Positions 8,873 through 19,145 of a stretch of DNA of 64,000 bases are shown piece after piece. How positions within the stretch are numbered: position 1 is the first letter of the stretch; every line of letters begins with the position of its first letter. The position numbers and the translations under genes are program-made. The notes beneath the pieces were generated by a model. It made no database searches. It saw only the letters and a list, made by a program, of their open reading frames with translations, and was not told the DNA's origin. The stretch is from positions 3,064 to 67,063 of the forward strand of contig JASHOR010000094.1 of NCBI GenBank assembly GCA_030041005.1, given 5' to 3'. The DNA is from Xanthobacteraceae bacterium (GTDB lineage Bacteria; Pseudomonadota; Alphaproteobacteria; Rhizobiales; Xanthobacteraceae).

Positions 8873-9954
8873 ATCCGACAAAGAGCCTGCACAACGTCGG
8901 CCAGAGCCTTTGGCTCGACAATATCACCCGCGCCCTGCTCAACAGCGGCACATTGCAACACTACATCGACGAATTGTCGGTGACCGGTCTGACCTCGAAC
9001 CCGACGATCTTCGATCATGCGATCAGGAGCAGCGCCGACTATGACAGCGACATCGCTCGGCTCTCCTCGCGCGCGAAGTCGGTGGAGGACTTGTTCTTCG
9101 AACTGGCTCTGGCTGATCTGACCAGGGCGGCCGACCTGCTGCGGCCCGTTTTCACCCGCTCGGACGGCGTCGATGGCTGGGTATCGCTCGAGGTGTCGCC
9201 TTTTCTCGCCCATGACACGCAGGATACCATCACGGCGGCGCGCGATCTGAGCCGGCGCGGCGGAAAGCCCAACCTCTTCATCAAGATTCCGGGCACCAAA
9301 GAGGGGTTGCCGGCGATCGAGGAAGCGATCTTTTCCGGCATCCCGGTCAACGTCACGCTTCTATTCTCGCGGGAGCAATATGTCGCCGCGGCGGAAGCCT
9401 ATCTGCGCGGGGTGGAACGGCGCATCGAAGCCGGTATCAATCCCGCCGTCGGCTCAGTGGCATCGCTCTTCGTCAGCCGGTGGGATGTCGCCGTGAGCGG
9501 ACAGGTGCCGGCTGAACTGACCAATCGGCTGGGCATCGCGATCGCTCAACGCGCCTACAAGGCCTATGCCGAGTTGCTGGCTTCGGCGCGCTTCCAGCGC
9601 GCGGCGAACGCGGGGGCGCGCGCGCAACGTTTGCTCTTTGCCAGTACCGGTACCAAGGACCCGAAGGCGTCTGACGTGCTCTACGTGAAGGCTCTCGCCG
9701 CGCCCTTCACCGTCAACACCATGCCCGACGGCACGCTCCGGGCCTTCGCCCAGCACGGCGAAATTGGCGCAACGCTCAGGCCGGACGGCGGCGATTGCGA
9801 GAAGGTTTTGGCTGGCTTCGCCGCGGCCGGCATCGATATCGATGCGCTGGCGCAGCGGCTTCAGGACGAAGGCGCTACGTCCTTCGACAAGTCGTGGAAC
9901 GACCTGATAGCCCGCGTCGAATCAAAACGCGCGGTCCTGCGCAAAGCAAGCTGA
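8869..9954 (+). CDS. tal: Transaldolase (long, roughly 360 aa type)
   Basis: The product contains '[42 protein letters not shown]', '[32 protein letters not shown]' and '[12 protein letters not shown]'. Confidence 0.9.
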   Translation: MNPTKSLHNVGQSLWLDNITRALLNSGTLQHYIDELSVTGLTSNPTIFDHAIRSSADYDSDIARLSSRAKSVEDLFFELALADLTRAADLLRPVFTRSDGVDGWVSLEVSPFLAHDTQDTITAARDLSRRGGKPNLFIKIPGTKEGLPAIEEAIFSGIPVNVTLLFSREQYVAAAEAYLRGVERRIEAGINPAVGSVASLFVSRWDVAVSGQVPAELTNRLGIAIAQRAYKAYAELLASARFQRAANAGARAQRLLFASTGTKDPKASDVLYVKALAAPFTVNTMPDGTLRAFAQHGEIGATLRPDGGDCEKVLAGFAAAGIDIDALAQRLQDEGATSFDKSWNDLIARVESKRAVLRKAS

Positions 9955-9976
9955 TCTGCAAAGTGAGTCCATCCGC

Positions 9977-11671
9977 ATGGCAGTCGCATCCAGTCAACGC
10001 AAGCGCACACCCGAATCCGCCGCCATTCGATCCGCGAACGTACCGCCTCTGCACCGTCGTCCCGCCTGGGCGTTGCTCGACCAGCATTATCAGAAGCTGA
10101 AACGCGTCCACTTGCGGCAACTTTTCGCCGACGATCACCGGCGCGGCGAAAGATTGACGAGCGAGGCGGCTGGAGTCTACCTCGACTATTCCAAGAACCG
10201 GATCACCGACGAAACGCTGCAATTGTTGCTGCAGCTCGCGCAAGAATCGGGACTGCGCGATCGCATCGACGCCATGTTCCGCGGCGACAAGATCAATGTC
10301 TCGGAGAACCGCTCCGTACTGCACGTCGCGCTGCGGGCGCCGCGCGGCGCCACCATTCTTCATGACGGCCGCAACGTGGTTCCCGACGTTCACGCCGTTT
10401 TGGACAAGATGGCTGATTTTTCCGCCCGGGTACGCAGTGGGCAATGGAAAGGCCAGACCGGCAAACGCATCCGCAACGTGATCAATATCGGCATCGGCGG
10501 CTCCGATCTCGGCCCGGTGATGGCCTACGAAGCGCTGCGGCACTACAGCGACCGCAGAATGACCTTCCGCTTCGTCTCCAATGTCGACGGCACGGATTTC
10601 GCCGAAGCGGTGCGCGACCTCGACCCCGGCGAGACGCTGTTCATCATCTCCTCCAAGACCTTCACCACGCTGGAAACCATGACCAACGCCCGCACCGCGC
10701 GCGAATGGCTTCTGAGCGCCATGAAGGGCGAAACCGCCGCCGTCGCCAGGCATTTCGTCGCCGTCTCGACCAACACCAAAGAGGTCGCGAAATTCGGCAT
10801 CGACACAACCAACATGTTCGGCTTCTGGGACTGGGTCGGCGGTCGCTATTCCATGGATTCCGCCATCGGCCTCTCGACCATGCTGGCCATCGGACCTGAC
10901 AATTTCCGGGCCATGCTCGGCGGCTTCCACGAGATGGACGAACATTTCCGCTCCACCCCCTTCGAGCGCAATCTGCCGGTGCTGATCGGCCTCATCGGCA
11001 TCTGGTACAACGATTTCTTCGGCGCTCAGACCGTCGCGGTGCTGCCCTACGAACAATATCTGAAGCGGTTTCCAGCGTATCTGCAGCAGCTCACCATGGA
11101 GAGCAACGGCAAGCACGTCACGCTCGACGGCATGCAAGTCGATTACGATACCGGACCGATCTTTTGGGGAGAGCCGGGGACCAACGGCCAGCATTCGTTC
11201 TATCAACTGATCCACCAGGGTACGCGCCTCATACCCTGCGATTTCATCGCGTTCACCAAGCCGCTCAATCCGTTGGGCCGGCACCACGACATGCTGATCG
11301 CCAACGTCTTCGCGCAGACCGAGGCGCTGGCGTTCGGCAAGACCGCGGATCAGGTCAAAGCGGAAGGCACGCCCGATTGGCTCGTGCCGCATCGGTTGTT
11401 CGAGGGAAACCGTCCATCCAACACCATCTTGCTGGACGCTCTGACGCCGGCCGCATTGGGCAAGCTGGTCGCGCTGTACGAGCACGTCGTGTTCACTCAA
11501 GGAGCAATCTGGCAGATCGATTCTTTCGATCAGTGGGGCGTGGAACTCGGCAAAGCTCTTGCCCAGCGGATCATTCCCGAACTGGAAAGCGCGACGGAGC
11601 CCAAGCTCGAGCACGACAGCTCGACGAACGCGCTGATCCGCCGCTACCGCAAGCTTAAGGGAGCCGTCTGA
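9977..11671 (+). CDS. pgi: Glucose-6-phosphate isomerase
   Basis: The product contains '[20 protein letters not shown]', '[17 protein letters not shown]', '[11 protein letters not shown]', '[11 protein letters not shown]' and '[15 protein letters not shown]'. Confidence 0.95.
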   Translation: MAVASSQRKRTPESAAIRSANVPPLHRRPAWALLDQHYQKLKRVHLRQLFADDHRRGERLTSEAAGVYLDYSKNRITDETLQLLLQLAQESGLRDRIDAMFRGDKINVSENRSVLHVALRAPRGATILHDGRNVVPDVHAVLDKMADFSARVRSGQWKGQTGKRIRNVINIGIGGSDLGPVMAYEALRHYSDRRMTFRFVSNVDGTDFAEAVRDLDPGETLFIISSKTFTTLETMTNARTAREWLLSAMKGETAAVARHFVAVSTNTKEVAKFGIDTTNMFGFWDWVGGRYSMDSAIGLSTMLAIGPDNFRAMLGGFHEMDEHFRSTPFERNLPVLIGLIGIWYNDFFGAQTVAVLPYEQYLKRFPAYLQQLTMESNGKHVTLDGMQVDYDTGPIFWGEPGTNGQHSFYQLIHQGTRLIPCDFIAFTKPLNPLGRHHDMLIANVFAQTEALAFGKTADQVKAEGTPDWLVPHRLFEGNRPSNTILLDALTPAALGKLVALYEHVVFTQGAIWQIDSFDQWGVELGKALAQRIIPELESATEPKLEHDSSTNALIRRYRKLKGAV

Positions 11672-12603
11672 TGCCGCGAGGATACGATCGTCCCCTCTAC
11701 ATTCAGCCGTTCGATCATCGCGGCTCGTTCCAAACAAAGATGTTCGGCTGGCAGTCGCCCCTGAGCGATGCGCAAACGGCGGAGATCGCCGCCGCCAAAC
11801 GGGTCATCTACGACGGATTCCTGGCCGCGCTCGCCGGCGGCGTACCTCGAGAGAAGGCCGGTATTCTTGTCGACGAGCAATTCGGCGCTGCGATCCTGCG
11901 CGACGCTGCCGCAAAGGGCATGACCACCGCCTGCCCGGCGGAGAAAAGCGGACAGCATGAATTCGACTTTGAATATGGCGACGATTTTGCAAGGCACATA
12001 GAAAAGTTCGATCCGACCTTCTGCAAAGTGCTGGTGCGCTACAACCCGGGCGGCGATCGCGCATTGAATGACCGGCAAGCGGCACGACTGAAGCGCCTTT
12101 CCGAATTCCTCGCCGGCCGCGGCCGCAGCCGCTTCATGTTCGAGCTGCTGGTTCCCGCGGAGAAAATGCAGCTCGACGGACTCAAGGGCGACAAGACAGC
12201 GTACGATCTCGAATTGCGTCCGCGCCTGATGGTCGAGGCCATGCAGGAGCTCCAGGGCAGCGGCGTCGAACCGGATTTGTGGAAAATCGAAGGGCTCGCG
12301 CGGCGCGAGGATTGCGAGCGCGTCGTCGCGGCGGCCCACGCCGGCGGGCGCCGCAATGTCGGCTGCATCGTTCTCGGTCGCGGCGCCGACGATCGGCAAG
12401 TCCGCGAATGGCTTGAAATCGCTGCGGCCGTTCCGGGTTATGTCGGATTTGCGATCGGCCGCACGGTGTTCTGGGATCCGCTGGTCGCCTGGCGAAGCAA
12501 ACAAGCCACGCGCGATCAGACCGTTGCCGAGATCGCCCGGCGTTATCGCGAGTTTGTGGATTTGTTCGAGCGGAAACACGCAAGCCTGTCATCGGCCGCC
12601 TAG
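11671..12603 (+). CDS. DUF2090-type protein, class I aldolase-like; stand-alone form of the domain usually fused to IolC
   Basis: The product starts '[26 protein letters not shown]' and contains 'FCKVLVRYNPGGD', 'FMFELLVP', 'PDLWKIEG' and 'GFAIGRTVFWD'. The start overlaps the pgi stop (TGATG at 11669-11673). Its stop TAG (12601-12603) is the first TAG of a repeat module. Confidence 0.7.
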   Translation: MPRGYDRPLYIQPFDHRGSFQTKMFGWQSPLSDAQTAEIAAAKRVIYDGFLAALAGGVPREKAGILVDEQFGAAILRDAAAKGMTTACPAEKSGQHEFDFEYGDDFARHIEKFDPTFCKVLVRYNPGGDRALNDRQAARLKRLSEFLAGRGRSRFMFELLVPAEKMQLDGLKGDKTAYDLELRPRLMVEAMQELQGSGVEPDLWKIEGLARREDCERVVAAAHAGGRRNVGCIVLGRGADDRQVREWLEIAAAVPGYVGFAIGRTVFWDPLVAWRSKQATRDQTVAEIARRYREFVDLFERKHASLSSAA

Positions 12604-12772
12604 TGGCCCGATTCCAATATTCGCATCCCGTTTCGGCACGCCATCGTGCGAATGTTGGAATCGAAGGACCGCTGGGAACTATGAGTGCTAGTGGAGCTTT
12701 GGATTTGACATTCGCTTCACGACCTCGTGGCTTGGGGGTAGCGAATGTCAAATCCCGAACTTCGTTCGCTAG
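12600..12772. repeat. Two adjacent CTAG-bounded hairpin modules (types C and D) inserted between the DUF2090 gene and gnd
   Basis: The C arms are 'ggcccgattccaatattcgca' / 'tgcgaatgttggaatcgaaggacc'. The D arms are 'ggatttgacattcgct' / 'agcgaatgtcaaatcc'. CTAG occurs at 12600, 12688 and 12769. Related copies lie at 58711-58839 and 59755-59826. Confidence 0.8.
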
Positions 12773-12786
12773 GGAGCGCTAAAGCC

Positions 12787-13815
12787 ATGCAACTCGGAAT
12801 GATCGGACTCGGCCGGATGGGCGGGAATATGGTGCGTCGGCTCTTGAGGAGCGGCCATCAATGCGTTGTCTGCGACAGCTCCGCAAACGCGGTGGCGGAG
12901 CTGGTGAAGGAGAAGGCCATCGGCACCACGAAGCTTGCCGACTTCGCCAAGAAACTTGCCAAACCGCGCGCCGCCTGGCTGATGGTGCCGACCGGCGCAG
13001 TGGATAATGTCATCGCCGATCTGCTGCCCCATCTCGAGCGCGGCGACATTCTGATTGACGGCGGCAATTCCTATTACATCGACGATATTCGCCGGGCCAA
13101 GGCTCTCACATCCAAGGGCATTCATTATCTCGACGTCGGCACGAGCGGCGGCGTCTGGGGATTGGAACGCGGCTATTGCATGATGATCGGCGGCGAGGCG
13201 GATACGGTGAAGCACCTCGATCCGATCTTCGCCGCGCTGGCGCCGGGCCGCGGCGATATTCCGCGCACGCCGGGCCGCGAAAACGTCAACGGCACCTCCG
13301 AGCAGGGTTATCTGCATTGTGGACCGAATGGTGCCGGCCATTTCGTCAAGATGGTTCATAACGGCATCGAATACGGGGTGATGGCGGCTTATGCCGAAGG
13401 CCTTGCGGTGCTCAAAGCCGCCAATGTCGGCAAGAAAGCCGGCGCGATCGACGCGGAAACCACGCCGCTGCGCGACCCCGAGCAGTACCAATACGATTTG
13501 GACCTGCCCGAGATCGCCGAGGTCTGGCGGCGCGGCAGCGTCATCGCCTCATGGCTCCTCGATCTCATTGCCACCTCGCTGATCCAGGACCCCGCGCTGA
13601 GCAAATTTGCGGGCCGCGTGTCCGACTCGGGCGAAGGCCGCTGGACGATCAAGGCGGCCATCGACGAGGGCGTGCCGGCGCATGTGCTGTCGGCGGCGCT
13701 CTATGAACGGTTCAGCTCACGCGGAGAAGCGGACTTTGCCGACAAAGTGCTCTCCGCCATGCGTTACGAATTCGGCGGCCACATCGAAAAGCCGCCCGCG
13801 AAGCGAGCCGGATGA
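12787..13815 (+). CDS. gnd: 6-phosphogluconate dehydrogenase, decarboxylating (short Gnd-like form)
   Basis: The product contains '[19 protein letters not shown]' (Rossmann GxGxxG), 'LIDGGNSYY', '[19 protein letters not shown]' and '[16 protein letters not shown]'. GGGAG lies 9 nt upstream of the ATG at 12787. The listed start at 12745 falls inside repeat module D and is therefore unlikely. Confidence 0.9.
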   Translation: MQLGMIGLGRMGGNMVRRLLRSGHQCVVCDSSANAVAELVKEKAIGTTKLADFAKKLAKPRAAWLMVPTGAVDNVIADLLPHLERGDILIDGGNSYYIDDIRRAKALTSKGIHYLDVGTSGGVWGLERGYCMMIGGEADTVKHLDPIFAALAPGRGDIPRTPGRENVNGTSEQGYLHCGPNGAGHFVKMVHNGIEYGVMAAYAEGLAVLKAANVGKKAGAIDAETTPLRDPEQYQYDLDLPEIAEVWRRGSVIASWLLDLIATSLIQDPALSKFAGRVSDSGEGRWTIKAAIDEGVPAHVLSAALYERFSSRGEADFADKVLSAMRYEFGGHIEKPPAKRAG

Positions 13816-13831
13816 CAACGGAGCGAGGCCG

Positions 13832-15925
13832 ATGCTGCAGCCGAAGCCAAAGGGTTTGAGCAGCCAAGAGCTCGATGAGCTCTCGATCAATACGATCCGA
13901 ACGCTTTCGATCGATGCGGTCCAGCAGGCGAATTCAGGCCATCCCGGCACGCCGATGGCGCTGGCGCCGCTGATCTACGTGATCTGGAACGAGGTCATGC
14001 GTTTCGATCCGCAGGACCCGATCTGGCCAAATCGCGATCGCTTCGTCCTGTCAAACGGCCACGCCTCGATGCTGCTGTGGTCGGTCCTGTATCTGACGGA
14101 AACGCGCGCCGTGAACGCGGATTATGAGCAGGTCGGCCATCCTGCGGTCACTCTCGACGACATCAAGCATTTCCGCCAGATCGGCAGCAAAGCGCCGGGG
14201 CATCCGGAATATCACTTGACGTCCGGAGTCGAGGCGACGACAGGGCCGCTCGGCCAGGGCATCGCCAACAGCGTCGGCATGGCCATCGCCCGCAAATGGC
14301 TCGCCAGCCGTTACAACAAGCCCGGCTTCGATCTGTTCGACTACAACATCTACGCCGTTTGCGGCGACGGTTGCATGATGGAGGGCATCGGCTCGGAGGC
14401 GGCCTCGCTCGCCGGCCATCTTGGCCTCGGCGATCTATGCTGGATCTACGACAACAATCACATCACCATCGACGGCAATACCCGCATCACCTTTACCGAG
14501 GATGTTGCCGCGCGCTTTCGCGCCTACGATTGGAATGTCCTGCGGGTCCACGACGCCAACGATCTCGGAAGCATCGCCGAGGCGCTTGCGGTCTTCCGCA
14601 AGACGAAAGACCGGCCCACCTTGATCATTCTCGACAGCCATATCGGCTATGGCTCTCCGCACAAGGTCGACACCTCCGCGGCCCATGGCGAACCCTTGGG
14701 CGAAGACGAAGTGCGGCTCGTCAAGCGCGCCTATCACTGGCCGGAAGACTCCAAGTTCCTCGTGCCAGACGGCGTCATGGAGCACTTCGCCGATGGCATC
14801 GGCCAGCGCGGCGGCAAGGCGCGGCGCGACTGGGAAGCGTTGTTCGCCAAATACCGTGCGCGTTTTCGCGACCTCGCGACGGAGATCGATCAGATGCAAC
14901 GGCGGGAGCTGCCAGCGGGATGGGACCGCAACCTGCCGAGCTTTTCGCCGGATGCGAAGGGAATAGCCGGGCGCGACGCCTCGGGCCAGGTGCTCAATGT
15001 GCTGGCCCAGAATATCCCCTGGCTCCTCGGCGGCTCGGCCGATCTCGCATCGTCAAACAGGACGGCGCTCAAATTCCCCGGCGCCGGCGAATTCGAACCC
15101 GGCGCGGCCGATGGACGCAATATACATTTTGGCGTCCGCGAGCACTCGATGGCGGCGATCGTCAACGGCCTGTCGCTTTCGAAGCTGCGCGCCTTCGGAT
15201 CGACCTTCCTCATCTTCAGCGATTACGCCAAACCGGCTATTCGGCTCTCCGCGCTCATGGAGCTGCCGACCATTTTCGCTTTCACGCATGATGCCATGGG
15301 CGACGGCGAAGACGGACCGACGCATCAGCCGATCGAGCAGTTGGTCTCGCTGCGCGCCATTCCCGGCATGGTCTTGCTGCGGCCGGCGGATGCCAATGAG
15401 GTCGTCGAGGCCTATCGCTACGTCATGCAACTGCGCCACAAGCCGGCGGCGATTGCGCTGTCGCGCCAGCCGCTGCCGACATTCGACCGCCGCAAATATG
15501 CATCGGCCGCGGGTGTCGCGCGCGGCGCTTATGTGATGGCCGACGCTCCGGACGGCTCTCCCGAGATCATCTTGATTGCTTCGGGGAGCGAGGTTGCGTT
15601 GGTCATCCAAGCCCACGAAACGCTGACAGCGCAGGCGATTCGATCGCGCGTCGTCTCGATGCCGTCCTGGGACATTTTCGAGCAACAGCCGCAGTCCTAT
15701 CGGGAAGAAGTGTTGCCGGCGGCGGTGACAGCCCGCCTCGCCGTCGAGCAGGGATCAACACTCGGATGGTCTGAGTACGTCGGCCCTCGCGGCCGCGTCA
15801 TCGGCATGAAAACCTTCGGCGCCTCGGCGCCGCTCAAGGAATTGCAGCGCAAGTTCGGTTTCGAACCCGAACACGTCGTTTCTGTCGCCATGGAGTTGTT
15901 GGGCCGCAGCCGAAACAGCGCTTGA
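13832..15925 (+). CDS. tkt: Transketolase
   Basis: The product contains 'SIDAVQQANSGHPGTPMALAP', 'NRDRFVLSNGHASMLLW', 'VCGDGCMMEGI', 'GVREHSMAAIVNG' and 'HDAMGDGEDGPTHQPIEQL'. The ATG at 13832 has a GGAG upstream. The listed ORF start at 13607 overlaps gnd and is an extension. Confidence 0.95.
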   Translation: MLQPKPKGLSSQELDELSINTIRTLSIDAVQQANSGHPGTPMALAPLIYVIWNEVMRFDPQDPIWPNRDRFVLSNGHASMLLWSVLYLTETRAVNADYEQVGHPAVTLDDIKHFRQIGSKAPGHPEYHLTSGVEATTGPLGQGIANSVGMAIARKWLASRYNKPGFDLFDYNIYAVCGDGCMMEGIGSEAASLAGHLGLGDLCWIYDNNHITIDGNTRITFTEDVAARFRAYDWNVLRVHDANDLGSIAEALAVFRKTKDRPTLIILDSHIGYGSPHKVDTSAAHGEPLGEDEVRLVKRAYHWPEDSKFLVPDGVMEHFADGIGQRGGKARRDWEALFAKYRARFRDLATEIDQMQRRELPAGWDRNLPSFSPDAKGIAGRDASGQVLNVLAQNIPWLLGGSADLASSNRTALKFPGAGEFEPGAADGRNIHFGVREHSMAAIVNGLSLSKLRAFGSTFLIFSDYAKPAIRLSALMELPTIFAFTHDAMGDGEDGPTHQPIEQLVSLRAIPGMVLLRPADANEVVEAYRYVMQLRHKPAAIALSRQPLPTFDRRKYASAAGVARGAYVMADAPDGSPEIILIASGSEVALVIQAHETLTAQAIRSRVVSMPSWDIFEQQPQSYREEVLPAAVTARLAVEQGSTLGWSEYVGPRGRVIGMKTFGASAPLKELQRKFGFEPEHVVSVAMELLGRSRNSA

Positions 15926-15971
15926 TGAGTGGCGCAAATCCCGCTGAACCGGGTACGGAAACAGGACATCG

Positions 15972-17543
15972 ATGTTGGATAAACCGGAAAGATACGCCCG
16001 ATCAAAAGCCGCGCAGCAGACCGCAAGCGCGCCCGCAGCTCCGCCCTGCGCGATGGTGATTTTTGGCGCAGCCGGCGACCTGACGAAGCGTCTGGTCGTG
16101 CCCGCACTCTACAACCTGGCAAACGATCATCGGCTGGCCGGAGAATTTCGTCTCGTCGGAGTCGATCTGGCCGACATGAGCGCCGAGCAATGGCGCGCGC
16201 ACCTCACGGATGCGATGAAGGGTTACGTCGCCAAAGACGGCGAGTTTCATCTCGACGATTTCGTACAGACTACGTGGCAATGGCTCACCGAGCAAATGAG
16301 CTATCTGCCGGGCGATCTCACCAATCCGGACACTTATCGCCGGCTGGGCGAACATCTGGCGGGATTGGACAAGACGGCCGGCACGGCAGGCAACCACCTG
16401 TTCTATCTCGCGGTTGCCGACCGCTTTTTCGGCCCGGCGGTCGCCGCGCTTGGAGCCGCCGGCCTCACCAAAGAAAGCGACCGTCAATGGCGTCGTGTCA
16501 TTATCGAAAAACCGTTCGGTCACGACTTCGCTTCGGCCAAAGCCCTCAACGCCGAGATCCTGAAAACGCTGCACGAGCGTCAGATCTATCGGATTGATCA
16601 TTTCCTCGGCAAGGAAACGGTCCAGAACATCATGGCACTGCGTTTTGCCAACGGGCTGTTCGAGCCGCTCTGGAACCGACATCAGATCGATCATGTTCAG
16701 ATCACCGTCGCCGAGACGGTCGGCGTCGAGCAGCGCGGCAAATTCTACGAGAAGACCGGCGCGCTGCGCGACATGGTGCCCAACCATCTGTTTCAGCTCC
16801 TGACGATGACGGCGATGGAGCCGCCGATCTCTTTCGATGCCGACGAGGTCCGTTCCAAGAAGACCGAAGTCATTCAGGCCATCAGGCCGCTCGATCCGGA
16901 GCAGGTGTTCAAGGATGCCGTGCGCGGTCAGTATGACGCCGGCCGGGTGCTCGGCGAACAGGTTCGCGCCTATCGCCAGGAACCCAACGTGGCGCCCAAC
17001 TCGACGACCGAGACATATATTGCGTGCAAGCTCGACATTGACAATTGGCGCTGGGCCGGCGTGCCGTTCTACCTGCGCACCGGCAAGTACATGAAAAGCC
17101 GATCGACCGAGATCGCGATCCGCTTTCATCAAGCGCCCTATGCGCTGTTCCGCGGCACAAACGTCGAGCGAATGCATCCCAACTGGATGATCCTTCGCAT
17201 TCAGCCGGACGAGGGTATCGCGCTTGAGTTCGCCGCCAAGCGTCCGGGCCCCACCGTGACGCTTGACACCGTCACCATGAACTTCGCTTACAAGACCTAC
17301 TTCAAGATGGAGCCCGATACCGGATACGAGACGCTGCTCTACGACTGCATGATCGGCGACGCCACCCTGTTTCAACGCGCCGACACCGTCGAAGCCGGCT
17401 GGCAGGTCGTGCAGCCGATACTCGATGCCTGGGCGAACAATCCCCCGCGGGACTTTCCGAACTATTCCGCCGGAAGCGATGGCCCCGCCGCAGCCGATGC
17501 GCTGCTGACGTGCGATGGCCGCGCGTGGCGGTCGCTCGACTGA
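15972..17543 (+). CDS. zwf: Glucose-6-phosphate 1-dehydrogenase
   Basis: The product contains 'MVIFGAAGDLTKRLVVPALYNL', 'RIDHFLGKETVQNIMALRFAN' and 'IDHVQITVAETVGVEQRGKFYE'. Confidence 0.95.
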   Translation: MLDKPERYARSKAAQQTASAPAAPPCAMVIFGAAGDLTKRLVVPALYNLANDHRLAGEFRLVGVDLADMSAEQWRAHLTDAMKGYVAKDGEFHLDDFVQTTWQWLTEQMSYLPGDLTNPDTYRRLGEHLAGLDKTAGTAGNHLFYLAVADRFFGPAVAALGAAGLTKESDRQWRRVIIEKPFGHDFASAKALNAEILKTLHERQIYRIDHFLGKETVQNIMALRFANGLFEPLWNRHQIDHVQITVAETVGVEQRGKFYEKTGALRDMVPNHLFQLLTMTAMEPPISFDADEVRSKKTEVIQAIRPLDPEQVFKDAVRGQYDAGRVLGEQVRAYRQEPNVAPNSTTETYIACKLDIDNWRWAGVPFYLRTGKYMKSRSTEIAIRFHQAPYALFRGTNVERMHPNWMILRIQPDEGIALEFAAKRPGPTVTLDTVTMNFAYKTYFKMEPDTGYETLLYDCMIGDATLFQRADTVEAGWQVVQPILDAWANNPPRDFPNYSAGSDGPAAADALLTCDGRAWRSLD

Positions 17544-17560
17544 GCGGAGCCGAGAGACCG

Positions 17561-18382
17561 ATGTCGGGGAAGCGCAAGATTTCGCTGGTGCTGGCGGATG
17601 TGGACGGCACGCTCGTCACCGAGGAGAAGATTTTGACACAGCGGGCGCAAGACTCTGTCAGGGCGCTGCACGACGCGGGTATCCAGTTCGCCATAACCAG
17701 TGGCCGGCCGCCGCTTGGCATGGCCATGTTGTTCGATGCGCTCGCCATCGAAACGCCGATCGCCGGGTTCAACGGCGGACTTTTTGTCGACCGCCACCTC
17801 ACCATCCTGGAACAAAAGACGGTGCCGGCCGATGTCGCGCGCCAGGCGATCGATCTCATGCGGGCGCACGGTCTCGATACCTGGGTCTATAGCGGAAACG
17901 ACTGGCTGGTCACCAAAGCCGTGGCGCCGCACGTCGCGCGCGAAGCGTGGACCGTCAAATTCCAGCCGAAAGTGGTGCCCGACGTTCTCGAGCATTTGCA
18001 AGACGTCGCCAAGATCGTCGGCGTGAGCGACGATCTCGACAGGGTGAAACGCTGCGAAGCCGATGCGCAGGCTGCGTTCGGCGCGCGAGCGACCGCAAAC
18101 CGGTCGCAACCCTATTATCTCGACGTCACCAACAAGGACGCGAACAAGGGCGCCGTGGTCAGATATCTCGCCGAGCATCTCGGCGTGCCGGCAGAGGAGA
18201 TCGCGACCATCGGCGACCAACCGAACGACGTCGTGATGTTCAAGGATTCCGGCTTCAGCATCGCCATGGGTAACGCATCGGACGAGGTCAAGTCGCAAGC
18301 CGCGGCCGTCACGGCTTCCTACAATGACGAAGGCTTTGCCAAGGCGATGGAGGCCTTCATTCTCGGTTCAGCGAGGCAATAG
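17561..18382 (+). CDS. Cof-type HAD-IIB sugar phosphatase
   Basis: The product contains 'LVLADVDGTLVT', 'FAITSGRPP', 'DVTNKDANKG' and 'ATIGDQPNDVVMF'. The ATG at 17561 lies 17 nt after the zwf stop. Confidence 0.8.
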   Translation: MSGKRKISLVLADVDGTLVTEEKILTQRAQDSVRALHDAGIQFAITSGRPPLGMAMLFDALAIETPIAGFNGGLFVDRHLTILEQKTVPADVARQAIDLMRAHGLDTWVYSGNDWLVTKAVAPHVAREAWTVKFQPKVVPDVLEHLQDVAKIVGVSDDLDRVKRCEADAQAAFGARATANRSQPYYLDVTNKDANKGAVVRYLAEHLGVPAEEIATIGDQPNDVVMFKDSGFSIAMGNASDEVKSQAAAVTASYNDEGFAKAMEAFILGSARQ

Positions 18383-18386
18383 GCCC

Positions 18387-19145
18387 ATGGGCAGGCAGAT
18401 CGGGCGCATTGAAATATTGCCGGATCCGCCGGCGCTCGCGCGTCACGTGGCGGAATGGATGACGGCGGCGGCGCTGGCGACGTCCGGCCCGTTCCGTGTC
18501 TCGCTCTCCGGCGGCTCGACGCCGAAGGCGCTTTACGCGCTTCTGGCCTCGGAGGGATTCCGCAATCGTTTCCCCTGGCAGCGCGTGCATTGGTACTGGG
18601 GCGATGAGCGCTTCGTTCCCTACGACCATCCCGAAAGCAACTTTCGGATGACGCGCGAGGCGATGCTCTCCAAAGTGCCCGTGCCGCCGGAGAACATTTA
18701 TCCGGTGCCGACCGACGGCACTCCGGAGGATGCCGCACGGCGTTACGAGCAAACATTGCAGGAAGCGTACGGCGCTGCAGAGCTTGACCCGCAACGTCCG
18801 CTTTTCGATGTCACGCTGCTCGGGCTTGGGCCCGATGGACATACCGCATCGCTGCTTCCCGGAGAGCCCGTTCTGGATGAGCGCAAGCGCTGGGTGGCCG
18901 CCGTCTCGCATGGCCGGCCCGAGGTCCGCATCACCATGACCTATCCGGTGATCGAGAGCAGCCGGCGCGCCGCATTCCTGGTGGCCGGCAAAGAAAAGGC
19001 GGAGATATTCAGTGCGATACGCGCTGGCGACAGCCAGGTGCCGGCGGCGCGCGTGCGACCGGTCGGCGAGTTGTTTTGGTTTGTCGATCAGGCGGCAGCC
19101 GGAGGAGAACAGGTCACCCGCCGCACGGGAGCGCAGGCGCGATGA
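18387..19145 (+). CDS. pgl: 6-phosphogluconolactonase
   Basis: The product contains 'FRVSLSGGSTPKALY', 'WYWGDERFVP' and 'DVTLLGLGPDGHTASLLPG'. Confidence 0.9.
   Translation: MGRQIGRIEILPDPPALARHVAEWMTAAALATSGPFRVSLSGGSTPKALYALLASEGFRNRFPWQRVHWYWGDERFVPYDHPESNFRMTREAMLSKVPVPPENIYPVPTDGTPEDAARRYEQTLQEAYGAAELDPQRPLFDVTLLGLGPDGHTASLLPGEPVLDERKRWVAAVSHGRPEVRITMTYPVIESSRRAAFLVAGKEKAEIFSAIRAGDSQVPAARVRPVGELFWFVDQAAAGGEQVTRRTGAQAR

Noticed and set aside
9875-11737. A 620 aa ORF on the minus strand.
   Set aside because: It is exactly antisense to pgi, whose translation has unmistakable isomerase motifs. The minus-strand product is Arg/Gly/Asp-rich low-information sequence, typical of shadow frames in high-GC DNA.
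13607-13831. Long N-terminal extensions implied by the longest-ORF starts. Examples are tkt at 13607, gnd at 12745, pgl at 18324, rpe at 19076, rpiA-gntK at 19693, prs at 55303, lgt at 52511 and proC at 57102.
   Set aside because: The extensions overlap the preceding gene or a repeat module, are Arg-rich junk, and precede internal ATGs that have SD-like sequences and align with conserved family N-termini. I used the internal starts.
16002-17375. A 457 aa minus-strand ORF.
   Set aside because: It is antisense to zwf and has no recognisable motif. It is a shadow ORF.
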